Below, in pieces: positions 27,795-39,680 of a stretch of 64,000 nucleotides of DNA. Below the pieces are notes generated by a model, which did no database searches, was not told where the DNA came from, and was given only the letters and a program-made list of their open reading frames with translations. Each line of letters starts with the position of its first letter. Position 1 is the stretch's first letter. Position numbers and translations under genes: made by a program. Source of the DNA: Balanoglossus misakiensis (taxonomy: Eukaryota > Animalia > Hemichordata); assembly GCA_040954595.2 (NCBI GenBank), contig CM082581.2, positions 11,778,286 to 11,842,285 of the forward strand, given 5' to 3'.

Positions 27795-29314
27795 TGAACA
27801 TAAACACTCCAAAGCCAATTGCTCCCGGATCAGACCATTAGATTCATCGCAAAAATTTGTTAGCAAATTTATCTACCTATGGCAAGCAACAAACCCGTAC
27901 CCCAGAGGTCTATCCCTTCCAACACGGTAAGGAGAACCCCCAGAAACATTTCCCCATCATTGATGACACTGAATTGTCTTGACCCTGATATGAACACATG
28001 AGGGCGCTGTTCCCTAATGCACAACTAAAATTTTTTTCACTTTTTTCCCCAAACGCTTGCATAAATGTTTTGAGTTGTAGTGTCATATCACAAACTGATC
28101 GTTCCACTGTATTTAACCGTGTATCACATTCATCCCTAGTAGTTCGACCAAATGTACCAGGGGCCCGTGTTTCCTCCAGGATGCGCGATTGCGAGATTCC
28201 CTCTTTTCCACTGGAAGCGCCCCTCGTCACAAGTTCAAGGGCCGACAATCGCCCCTTCGTGAGCAGCCCACCCGGCCAGTACATGCACGTCCAAGCCTCC
28301 ATACCATGCAGAGTACAGTCATGACACTGGGATAACGGCCGATACTACTGTGTGCTGGCCTATACATTTTAACTCCTCCCCCCCCCCCCCCCCCCCGAAA
28401 CTGTTGTAAATGACTTTCACATTCAATTACGTGTAATTTAGCTCCAGAGCTATAGTGTGCAATTGTTGGAACAGCCAAAGAGTTCTGTCTGGACAGGCTA
28501 AATTTAGTGCACTCAAGTGAACTTGTTGTTATGACGACTTTTGAAATTGGGTCGGCAGTATGTAACAATTTTATGGAAATTAAAAGAACTGCTTTCATGG
28601 CGGCATTTATCAAGAATGTATCAGTTTTCCCATGACCTTGTTTTCTTTGGAAGTCATTCAATATGTAGGGAGACTGTTTATTTGATCAGTGTGCCTAGCC
28701 GCAGATGGGGAAGTGTAGGAAGGAATCTGAAGGAATATATACCACTTCAATTTATGAGCTAGAATCATGAGATAATTTCATTTGTTGACTTTCCAAATAC
28801 AACGATGTTTATTGAGCAGGCTGAAATGAGGAAAGTAGGAAGTAACGACTCTCGACCCCGGGAATCAACCTTCTTGTTGTAAACAACCTCCCTATCATGC
28901 GACAAATTTAGCATCCCCCATATACACGTGGCCATGATACAATTTTACCGGTCATAATGCTTTCTAAGAAAACTGCACTAATCTAAAATCGTACAGCCGA
29001 CACAGAGATCTGACGGGACGATGAATGCCTAAATGAACACTGTTTATAGCTTTCAAATCACTGCAAAAGAAGGCGATACATAAGCTTGGGGTGTGTTGCA
29101 CTGACCTGCGTTAACAGATCCCGTGAGGAGTACGGTGCCCAGAGCTCAACACACCCCTAAACTCCTGCGGCCTCTTTTACACACAACAATCATTTGCCAA
29201 ACCTGACCACTGCATCGCCCAAGACCTTGGCGAATATTTGAAAGGGGCTTCTGAACCAAAGTGCGAGCCTCTCAGTCACAAACAGCCTTTCTGAATCCGG
29301 CGGTCGGAACTCAC

Positions 29315-29545
29315 CGCAAAGCATGCGTCTTGGCGAAAATATCGGCCTACAACGGACTGCTAAGGCAAACACGTCTTAAATCTCTAGATCGGTGACCCGG
29401 GGCTGGCTATCCGGTACGGAAAAGGTGGACTAAATAAGGAAAAGTCGCACAGAGTTGAAACGTCGACTCACTTCTTCAACAGATCCACGCTACAATGACA
29501 GACAGACTAAGCACGTGACCCAGAACGCACTTCTGATTGGTTTCC
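29315..29545 (-). promoter_or_regulatory. Candidate promoter/first exon(s) of a minus-strand gene
   Basis: CpG-rich patch with E-box GCACGTGAC (29511-29519) and CCAAT box (ATTGG 29536-29540). Strong minus-strand donors GAA|GTGAGT (exon end 29472) and GCG|GTGAGT (exon end 29315, preceded by ATG CTT TGC G). Confidence 0.45.
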
Positions 29546-30005
29546 AAGGGCGAAATAGGGAAACCCCTCCATCTTTAGCTTATCAGACGATCGCCGTGGC
29601 AACACCATAAATCACAACCAAATTCTCCAAAACACGCCAAAGAACGCGGTAGAAACACACAGTCACACACAATTAAAATAAAACTACGACAATTAAAAAT
29701 AAAATTATAAAAGACAAGTACGAGTATATAACAGATTTATTTTCATGAACAGCGAAAGAGATTAGCCTAAAATGAAAATATTGTAAACTTTTATCCATAT
29801 TTGATATTTTTTTTAAATAGTACATAACAACCGAAAACTGTGGATGGAGATGGGACTAAAATAAAAATTTTATATGAACATAATTTATTCTCATTTGACC
29901 AAGAAGGGCAGAGATAACAAAATTTCCGAAATTCGCAAAGTGGGAAATTTGTCATTTTTCATCATTTCCATGAGCTAAAGGCCTATAGTTCCTACGGTCT
30001 GACCG

Positions 30006-33000
30006 TTCTTTATTCACTCCTCGACGATAAAAACGTTTTATTACGGCCCAAATAACGACTTTTTTCGCTCCTTGGTTGGTCATGCGGACGGAAAGACACG
30101 GTTTTAGCGAGTTTATCTTTCTCTCTCCTGAGCACTCCGTATTCAGACTTGGCCAAGTGAACCGCGACAAAAAAATGACCAAGTTTCCCTGCATGTTTCT
30201 TATACCCGACAGATAAAAAACGCAGCGTAGATATTGAAATGAATTGGATTTATGAAAATGATAAAAAGTACAATGATAATGTCGTAAAAAGTTCTAAAAA
30301 AAAAAGAATTAGAAAAAAAGTTGTCTCGAACCAACATCAGTTGACACTTTCAGGTAAAAAGCCTAGCCTTCCTGAGCCCTTCGCCATCACGATGTGTGCT
30401 CGAAACTGTCGGAAATTTACCGCACTATATTGCAGCATAACAACCATGATTCTTATTTGCACCGCAGCGGGGCAGATCCTTATTTGCACCGCAGCGGTGC
30501 AAATAAGAGTTTTGCACCGCAGCGGTGCAAATAAGAGTTCCCTGTTCCGCCGCAATGTTCTTTATTCACTCCTCGACGATAAAAACGTTTTATTACGGCC
30601 CAAATAACGACTTTTTCGCTCCTTGGTTGGTCATGCGGACGGAAAGACACGGTTTTAGCGAGTTTATCTTTCTCTCTCCTGAGCACTCCGTATTCAGACT
30701 TGGCCAAGTGAACCGCGACAAAAAAAATGACCAAGTTTCCCTGCATGTTTCTTATACCCGACAGATAAAAAACGCAGCGTAGATATTGAAATGAATTGGA
30801 TTTATGAAAATGATAAAAATTACAATGATAATGTCGTTAAAAGTTCCAAAAAAAAAAGAATTAGAAAAAAAGTTGTCTCGAACCAACATCAGTTGACACC
30901 TTCAGGTAAAAAGCCTAGCCTTCCTGAGCCCTTCGCCATCACGATGTGTGCTCGAAACTGTCGGAAATTTACCGCACTATATTGCAGCATAACAACCATG
31001 ATTCTTATTTGCACCGCAGCGGTGCAAATCCTTATTTGCACCGCAGCGGTGCAAATAAGAGTTTTGCACCGCAGCGGTGCAAATAAGAGTTCCCTGTTCC
31101 GCCGCAATGTTCTTTATTCATTCCTCGACGATAAAAACGTTTTATTACGGCCCAAATAACGACTTTTTCGCTCCTTGGTTGGTCATGCGGACGGAAAGAC
31201 ACGGTTTTAGCGAGTTTATCTTTCTCTCTCCTGAGCACTCCGTATTCAGACTTGGCCAAGTGAACCGCGACAAAAAAAATGACCAAGTTTCCCTGCATGT
31301 TTCTTATACCCGACAGATAAAAAACGCAGCGTAGATATTGAAATGAATTGGATTTATGAAAATGATAAAAATTACAATGATAATGTCGTTAAAAGTTCTA
31401 AAAAAAAAAGAATTAGAAAAAAAGTTGTCTCGAACCAACATCAGTTGACACTTTCAGGTAAAAAGCCTAGCCTTCCTGAGCCCTTCGCCATCACGATCTG
31501 TGCTCGAAACTGTCGGAAATTTACCGCACTATATTGCAGCATAACAACCATGATTCTTATTTGCACCGCAGCGGGGCAAATCCTTATTTGCACCGCAGCG
31601 GTGCAAATAAGAGTTTTGCACCGCAGCGGTGCAAATAAGAGTTCCCTGTTCCGCCGCAATGTTCTTTATTCATTCCTCGACGATAAAAACGTTTTATTAC
31701 GGCCCAAATAACGACTTTTTCGCTCCTTGGTTGGTCATGCGGACGGAAAGACACGGTTTTAGCGAGTTTATCTTTCTCTCTCCTGAGCACTCCGTATTCA
31801 GACTTGGCCAAGTGAACCGCGACAAAAAAAATGACCAAGTTTCCCTGCATGTTTCTTATACCCGACAGATAAAAAACGCAGCGTAGATATTGAAATGAAT
31901 TGGATTTATGAAAATGATAAAAATTACAATGATAATGTCGTTAAAAGTTCCAAAAAAAAAAAGAATTAGAAAAAAAGTTGTCTCGAACCAACATCAGTTG
32001 ACACCTTCAGGTAAAAAGCCTAGCCTTCCTGAGCCCTTCGCCATCACGATCTGTGCTCGAAACTGTCGGAAATTTACCGCACTATATTGCAGCATAACAA
32101 CCATGATTCTTATTTGCACCGCAGCGGGGCAAATCCTTATTTGCACCGCAGCGGTGCAAATAAGAGTTTTGCACCGCAGCGGTGCAAATAAGAGTTCCCT
32201 GTTCCGCCGCAATGTTCTTTATTCATTCCTCGACGATAAAAACGTTTTATTACGGCCCAAATAACGACTTTTTCGCTCCTTGGTTGGTCATGCGGACGGA
32301 AAGACACGGTTTTAGTGAGTTTATCTTTCTCTCTCCTGAGCACTCCGTATTCAGACTTGGCCAAGTGAACCGCGACAAAAAAAATGACCAAGTTTCCCTG
32401 CATGTTTCTTATACCCGACAGATAAAAAACGCAGCGTAGATATTGAAATGAATTGGATTTATGAAAATGATAAAAATTACAATGATAATGTCGTTAAAAG
32501 TTCTAAAAAAAAAAGAATTAGAAAAAAAGTTGTCTCGAACCAACATCAGTTGACACTTTCAGGTAAAAAGCCTAGCCTTCCTGAGCCCTTCGCCATCACG
32601 ATCTGTGCTCGAAACTGTCGGAAATTTACCGCACTATATTGCAGCATAACAACCATGATTCTTATTTGCACCGCAGCGGGGCAAATCCTTATTTGCACCG
32701 CAGCGGTGCAAATAAGAGTTTTGCACCGCAGCGGTGCAAATAAGAGTTCCCTGTTCCGCCGCAATGTTCTTTATTCACTCCTCGACGATAAAAACGTTTT
32801 ATTACGGCCCAAATAACGACTTTTTCGCTCCTTGGTTGGTCATGCGGACGGAAAGACACGGTTTTAGCGAGTTTATCTTTCTCTCTCCTGAGCACTCCGT
32901 ATTCAGACTTGGCCAAGTGAACCGCGACAAAAAAAAATGACCAAGTTTCCCTGCATGTTTCTTATACCCGACAGATAAAAAACGCAGCGTAGATATTGAA

Positions 33001-36000
33001 ATGAATTGGATTTATGAAAATGATAAAAATTACAATGATAATGTCGTTAAAAGTTCCAAAAAAAAAAAAAAGAATTAAAAAAAAGTTGTCTCGAACCAAC
33101 ATCAGTTGACACTTTCAGGTAAAAAGCCTAGCCTTCCTGAGCCCTTCGCCATCACGATGTGTGCTCGAAACTGTCGGAAATTTACCGCACTATATTGCAG
33201 CATAACAACCATGATTCTTATTTGCACCGCAGCGGGGCAAATCCTTATTTGCACCGCAGCGGTGCAAATAAGAGTTTTGCACCGCAGCGGTGCAAATAAG
33301 AGTTCCCTGTTCCGCCGCAATGTTCTTTATTCATTCCTCGACGATAAAAACGTTTTATTACGGCCCAAATAACGACTTTTTCGCTCCTTGGTTGGTCATG
33401 CGGACGGAAAGACACGGTTTTAGTGAGTTTATCTTTCTCTCTCCTGAGCACTCCGTATTCAGACTTGGCCAAGTGAACCGCGACAAAAAAAATGACCAAG
33501 TTTCCCTGCATGTTTCTTATACCCGACAGATAAAAAACGCAGCGTAGATATTGAAATGAATTGGATTTATGAAAATGATAAAAATTACAATGATAATGTC
33601 GTTAAAAGTTCTAAAAAAAAAAGAATTAGAAAAAAAGTTGTCTCGAACCAACATCAGTTGACACCTTCAGGTAAAAAGCCTAGCCTTCCTGAGCCCTTCG
33701 CCATCACGATGTGTGCTCGAAACTGTCGGAAATTTACCGCACTATATTGCAGCATAACAACCATGATTCTTATTTGCACCGCAGCGGTGCAAATCCTTAT
33801 TTGCACCGCAGCGGTGCAAATAAGAGTTTTGCACCGCAGCGGTGCAAATAAGAGTTCCCTGTTCCGCCGCAATGTTCTTTATTCACTCCTCGACGATAAA
33901 AACGTTTTATTACGGCCCAAATAACGACTTTTTCGCTCCTTGGTTGGTCATGCGGACGGAAAGACACGGTTTTAGCGAGTTTATCTTTCTCTCTCCTGAG
34001 CACTCCGTATTCAGACTTGGCCAAGTGAACCGCGACAAAAAAAAATGACCAAGTTTCCCTGCATGTTTCTTAAACCCGACAGATAAAAAACGCAGCGTAG
34101 ATATTGAAATGAATTGGATTTATGAAAATGATAAAAATTACAATGATAATGTCGTTAAAAGTTCTAAAAAAAAAAGAATTAGAAAAAAAGTTGTCTCGAA
34201 CCAACATCAGTTGACACCTTCAGGTAAAAAGCCTAGCCTTCCTGAGCCCTTCGCCATCACGACGTGTGCTCGAAACTGTCGGAAATTTACCGCACTATAT
34301 TGCAGCATAACAACCATGATTCTTATTTGCACCGCAGCGGTGCAAAATCCTTATTTGCACCGCAGCGGTGCAAATAAGAGTTTTGCACCGCAGCGGTGCA
34401 AATAAGAGTTCCCTGTTCCGCCGCAATGTTCTTTATTCACTCCTCGACGATAAAAACGTTTTATTACGACCCAAATAACGACTTTTTCGCTCCTTGGTTG
34501 GTCATGCGGACGGAAAGACACGGTTTTAGCGAGTTTATCTTTCTCTCTCCTGAGCACTCCGTATTCAGACTTGGCCAAGTGAACCGCGACAAAAAAAATG
34601 ACCAAGTTTCCCTGCATGTTTCTTAAACCCGACAGATAAAAAACGCAGCGTAGAATGAATTGGATTTATGAAAATGATAAAAATTACAATGATAATGTCG
34701 TTAAAAGTTCTAAAAAAAAAAGAATTAGAAAAAAGTTGTCTCGAACCAACATCAGTTGACACCTTCAGGTAAAAAGCCTAGCCTTCCTGAGCCCTTCGCC
34801 ATCACGATGTGTGCTCGAAACTGTCGGAAATTTACCGCACTATATTGCAGCATAACAACCATGATTCTTATTTGCACCGCAGCGGTGCAAATCCTTATTT
34901 GCACCGCAGCGGTGCAAATAAGAGTTTTGCACCGCAGCGGTGCAAATAAGAGTTCCCTGTTCCGCCGCAATGTTCTTTATTCACTCCTCGACGATAAAAA
35001 CGTTTTATTACGACCCAAATAACGACTTTTTCGCTCCTCGGTTGGTCATGCGGACGGAAAGACACGGTTTTAGCGAGTTTATCTTTCTCTCTCCTGAGCA
35101 CTCCGTATTCAGACTTGGCCAAGTGAACCGCGACAAAAAAAATGACCAAGTTTCCCTGCATGTTTCTTATACCCGACAGATAAAAAACGCAGCGTAGATA
35201 TTGAAATGAATTGGATTTATGAAAATGATAAAAATTACAATGATAATGTCGTTAAAAGTTCTAAAAAAAAAGAATTAGAAAAAAAGTTGTCTCGAACCAA
35301 CATCAGTTGACACCTTCAGGTAAAAAGGCTAGCCTTCCTGAGCCCTTCGCCATCACGATGTGTGCTCGAAACTGTCGGAAATTTACCGCACTATATTGCA
35401 GCATAACAACCATGATTCTTGTTTGCACCGCAGCGGTGCAAATCCTTATTTGCACCGCAGCGGTGCAAATAAGAGTTTTGCACCGCAGCGGTGCAAATAA
35501 GAGTTTCCTGTTCCGCCGCAATGTTCTTTATTCACTCCTCGACGATAAAAACGTTTTATTACGACCCAAATAACGACTTTTTCGCTCCTTGGTTGGTCAT
35601 GCGGACGGAAAGACACGGTTTTAGCGAGTTTATCTTTCTCTCTCCTGAGCACTCCGTATTCAGACTTGGCCAAGTGAACCGCGACAAAAAAAATGACCAA
35701 GTTTCCCTGCATGTTTCTTATACCCGACAGATAAAAAACGCAGCGTAGATATTGAAATGAATTGGATTTATGAAAATGATAAAAATTACAATGATAATGT
35801 CGTTAAAAGTTCTAAAAAAAAAAAAGAATTAGAAAAATAGTTGTCTCGAACCAACATCAGTTGACACCTTCAGGTAAAAAGCCTAGCCTTCCTGAGCCCT
35901 TCGCCATCACGATGTGTACTCGAAACTGTCGGAAATTTACCGCACTATATTGCAGCATAACTACCATGACACCTTCAGGTAAAAGCCTAGCCTTCCTGAA

Positions 36001-36040
36001 CCCCCCCCCCCCAAATGACCAAGTTTCCCTGCATGTTTTA
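30006..36040. repeat. Satellite array, ~552-bp monomer x ~10.8, near-identical copies, each with three TTGCACCGCAGCGGTGCAA palindromes
   Basis: The landmark ATGAATTGGATTTATG recurs at 30239, 30791, 31343, 31895, 32448, 33001, 33556, 34109, ~34654, 35206 and 35757. The rearranged partial tail spans ~35968-36040. Confidence 0.98.
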
Positions 36041-36591
36041 TGAACGTGAAAAACGAAATTTACGTTTGAAGTATGATGACAGCTGACTAGTTGTGTTAAT
36101 GAACCACACATGAAAATCTCCGTACTAGTATTTGCATGAAAAACTCGTGGATATTTCTGTCGTAAACAGCGCCATCCGCGGTGACCTCTACACGATGACC
36201 CCGGGTTTCAACGAATACTGTGCGTTTTGTTGATATTGAGCGTGTGCCTTGGAAAACGCTGCCAGACCTGAAGCAAGAAAACATCAAAGCAGGTGATTAG
36301 TACTCTTGCACGTTGCATTTTACTTGGTACTGGTGTTTGGAACGAAGAAACGGTCAGATTCAAGGTAAGAAAATTTGCCAGAATGTTGAGATATCACGTC
36401 AAATGTTTTCGCATGTATCAGTACTACTTCCGGGTTGGGATTCTGCAAAACAAATTGATACAGTGATGTGCAATCGAAAAGTGGGTCTTGCAATTAATGA
36501 CTCTGCAAACCAAACATTTGAAAAGGAGAGGTAAATATCATATTTGTAAATTATTCTTTACTGATCAGATAAGCCAAGTTTTAGTGAAAAG

Positions 36592-37803
36592 ATGTCGACA
36601 AAATGCCCCCAGTGTGGAGAAGGCACTCTGGAGAAAGATTCTCACTTCAGCCACGATCAAACCGTTTGCACCAGTTGCGGAGCTGTCACTGAGGAGGGCA
36701 GTTTTCAGTCAGAGAGGGATGATTTTGGAACATTTGCCTTCAATGATGGTTTCGTTCCGGGTTCAGCACTGAACAAAGTGGTCAAACAAGGCAGTGGGCA
36801 GAAACCATGCAAAGGCTTGAAGATGGGCATTGATCAGGTCATCAGTCTGTCCAAGAGTCTGAAAGTCACATCCGAGGTCAAAGAATCTGCCATCGCCCAC
36901 TTCAAGTGCGCCTGCAGTGGAGTTTTCAAGAATGTTTGGTCAGAGAAGAAGAGCGTCTTGAGTGGGTGCTGTCTGTATCTGGCGTGTCGTCAACATTGCT
37001 TGCCAGTCACCTCAAAAGATGTGTGCCAGTTTCTGCAGTGTTCCAAAGCAGACTTCTATGCAGTTTTGACCCCGTTGTCTGCGGAGTTGGACATCCAAGT
37101 ACCAGGCCCTGCTATCGATGAAATTGTGGATGCCACTTTACACAGATATGGTCTGACGGAGACTGATTTTATTGCCAAGACAAAGAAATTAGTTCAAGTT
37201 GCAGAAAAAGCCTTGATTCCTTCTGGGCGCATGAAAGAGCCAGTGGTCATAGCAGGTGCCTACCTAGTTTGGCGAACAATGTGCAAAGCCCCCAGGAAGA
37301 GGGAATCGTCTTTTACACAGTTTTGCCGGAAGTTTGGCATCAAGCAAGACAAGACAGCACTTTACCGAGTGACTGAGCTCGAAAGTTACCTGGTGAACCT
37401 TGCAAAACAGCTGCCATGGGTCAACAAAGACACATTAAGCAGAAAAACTGTCACCAAGTATTTGGACGATATCCTCAGTCACGAGCACACTTTGATGTCT
37501 TCATGCGAAGATTCAAAGAAAACCAACAAGGACAACGATGAATCAGACAATACTAGTGGTGACCATCAACTGAATTTTACACCACGTAGCTACAGGAAAA
37601 GGAAGCATGTTGATGAAGACATCTCTGCCGAGTTCATAGGAGTGGTTTCTAATTCTCCGGAACTAACTGGAGATGATATTGCGGACTCAGAATTGCACAA
37701 CTACATCAAATCTCCAGAAGAAGTGGCCGCGTGCTCAGCCTTATCCATGGTAGCTGACAGCTGTCATGAAGAGAGATCATCATCAAAGAAGAAAAAGTAC
37801 TGA
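36592..37803 (+). CDS. BRF2: Transcription factor IIIB 50 kDa subunit (TFIIB-related factor 2), 403 aa, single coding exon
   Basis: N-terminal Zn ribbon CPQCG...CTSCG, TFIIB cyclin folds (GCCLYLACRQ) and C-terminal TBP-anchor motif IADSELHNYIKSPEEV (human ISDSEIEQYLRTPQEV as recalled). Length fits BRF2 rather than BRF1. 5' UTR intron ~36365-36568, AATAAA ~37924. Confidence 0.9.
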   Translation: MSTKCPQCGEGTLEKDSHFSHDQTVCTSCGAVTEEGSFQSERDDFGTFAFNDGFVPGSALNKVVKQGSGQKPCKGLKMGIDQVISLSKSLKVTSEVKESAIAHFKCACSGVFKNVWSEKKSVLSGCCLYLACRQHCLPVTSKDVCQFLQCSKADFYAVLTPLSAELDIQVPGPAIDEIVDATLHRYGLTETDFIAKTKKLVQVAEKALIPSGRMKEPVVIAGAYLVWRTMCKAPRKRESSFTQFCRKFGIKQDKTALYRVTELESYLVNLAKQLPWVNKDTLSRKTVTKYLDDILSHEHTLMSSCEDSKKTNKDNDESDNTSGDHQLNFTPRSYRKRKHVDEDISAEFIGVVSNSPELTGDDIADSELHNYIKSPEEVAACSALSMVADSCHEERSSSKKKKY

Positions 37804-38168
37804 GGCTGTTGAGAATGTGCAACTTGAGAAGAAAAGTTCAAAACATAACTATGTTGTATAAACATACTCGTTAGATTTGAAAAAAATTGTGCTATTATTA
37901 TCATTTGTTAGTATGTTTACAGAAATAAACATCCTTTTTACCTGAGTTTCCCTGTTTTTTGTGGGATGGATGTGTTTGGTGTGCCATAAGTTGAGTGCTG
38001 TTAACATGTATATGTACATGTACAGTGTCCTCTGATACCTGGAGGGTTTCTAGTATTTAAGTGATTATAGTTCTCTACTGTTCAAAATGAAAAAGGTGAA
38101 AATAACATGACGTCTTCTAGGTTTTAAATTTTATTAGAAAGTAAAACACAGAAATTATTAAAAAAAAA

Positions 38169-39680
38169 TCATCGTCGCTTTGCCCTTTGCGAAGTTTTAT
38201 TATATGCTCGCACCTGAGACAAGAATATTTCTCGAGCCTTTTCGTAAATTAACATGTCGAATTTTAAGGCTTGAATGACTTCTTTGTCGTTCCAAAGCCT
38301 TTTTTGAAGATTGTCGACAATATCTTGTCTGCTAAAGTTTCCACTCGATTGATGACGCTCTCCCTGGTCGGTGTAAGGATGGTAGTTCGACAATTGTCCC
38401 GCACATTTCAAGTGGAATGGAAGATTATAGGCTCTCTGTAGTAAACGTAACGTCATTTGCCATTCCTTGGTAAGACCTATAACCGCAAACCAGTTCTCTA
38501 AGTTGTCCAAAATGTATTGGAGAACCGCGAATTTGTCTTCTTCGGTGAGTAAGTGGTTTATCACCAACTCATTCCGATACCAGCACTGCGAGTATCCAAT
38601 GGCCGTGGGCAAATCTCGCGGTTTCACGAGGTGTCGAAGGAGATCGTCAAAGTGCCTCGTGCAAAATAAAGGATTGTAAATGAGTTGTCTGAAGAAGAAA
38701 CTCCCCTGACTGATAGCCCACTCGTTGATTGACACCTCAGAAGCGTTGCGTACGCGGCACTGCGGTTCCATGTGCCTTATCTTGCAGAATTCATAGGAAG
38801 AAATCACGCGTTCGACGGGATCTCGTAGAACCGTGAAGTATGAGCACGGCTGATTTGTGTAATCGCAAACCCTAAAAGTATGTCCACCATAATAAAATTT
38901 TGACATTTTAATATTACCTCCCGAGATATTTCGCTTGCTCAAGCTGAAATAAAATTCTGCTGTATTAGCGTTCCAAATAAGGGTGGGTTGTTCTGTTCTC
39001 AAAAGTGCTGACAGATGACGTAAACACCATTTTATAGTCGTTCCGCCAGATTTCTGATTGTGAAGAAAAACAACACTTCCTTTCGCGTACGGCGAAACTG
39101 GTGGTAAATTGCCATCGCTTTCTAACACCGTTCTTCTTGTATAGAAGTTTGGGAGAGAATTTTGTCGGACAATCCATGGACATTTCCCAATTATGTCTTT
39201 GTGTCTGTCCTGGTGGATTAAAAGTCCCTCGCCCTCCGCTGCAGTTGTATTCATATGGAGTGTAGTCTGTGGTCTGTACCTGATAAGTTTAAAGAAATGA
39301 TAAAAAAATGCCACTTTTGTTTATAGGAAATGATTCAACGGCTGTTGAAAGTTGTCCACTATGTGAGCAATGTTTTAGATGAAGTACGGATTAAAAACTA
39401 ATTGTTCAGTGTATTATAACAATCTGTGTCTGTCTGTCTGTCTGTATGTCTGTCTGTGACCGCATCTGTCTGTCAGAGTGTGCTCTGATCATCACCATAA
39501 TCTCATCATCATCGTCGTCGTCGTCCCCTCTCCCATTCGCCTCTAATTCGCACTAGTCGCCCACCTCAATGCTTCTGATTTGCGTTGCATTCGCCCCCGG
39601 TTGAAGGCTAGCATAACGACAATTACAAGCAACCCGCCGAAAACAAGGCGTGTCGATTTCCGTTTCTGTTTCATGATCAT
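38169..39680 (-). CDS. Golgi type II membrane sulfotransferase (Sulfotransfer_2-like, HS2ST/HS6ST-like), paralog A; exons 39680-39565, 39279-38169
   Basis: Exon 1 encodes MIMKQKRKSTRLVFGGLLVIVVMLAFNRGR (TM anchor), followed by a phase-2 intron. It has 5'-PSB FLHNQKSGGTT, 3'-PB TVLRDPVERVISSY and a C-terminal D-x-x-I-Y motif. Confidence 0.88.

Noticed and set aside
28853-28870. tRNA B-box-like GGTTGATTCCCGG on the minus strand
   Set aside because: The box is imperfect, with no A box or cloverleaf.
25-29372. Short ORFs (60-144 aa) throughout the first 29 kb
   Set aside because: No domain similarity, no consistent splice-linked frame, and lengths expected by chance.
29576-29588. TAGCTTATCAGAC, identical to the first 13 nt of miR-21
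   Set aside because: The match stops at 13 nt, there is no precursor hairpin, and miR-21 is a vertebrate family.
30450-30535. Palindromic repeats as a CRISPR-like array
   Set aside because: The intervening sequences are identical between units (no unique spacers), there are no cas genes, and the context is eukaryotic.
30006-36040. Array as a tandem 5S/snRNA/tRNA gene cluster (tempting next to BRF2)
   Set aside because: No 5S, U-snRNA, SL or tRNA sequence, and no A/B box, is recognisable in the monomer.
29952-36111. Repeated 60-122 aa ORFs (MNWIYEND..., MQIRVPCS...) in the array
   Set aside because: They are by-products of the repeat. Homopolymer indels break them differently among copies, they occur on both strands, and they have no recognisable domain.
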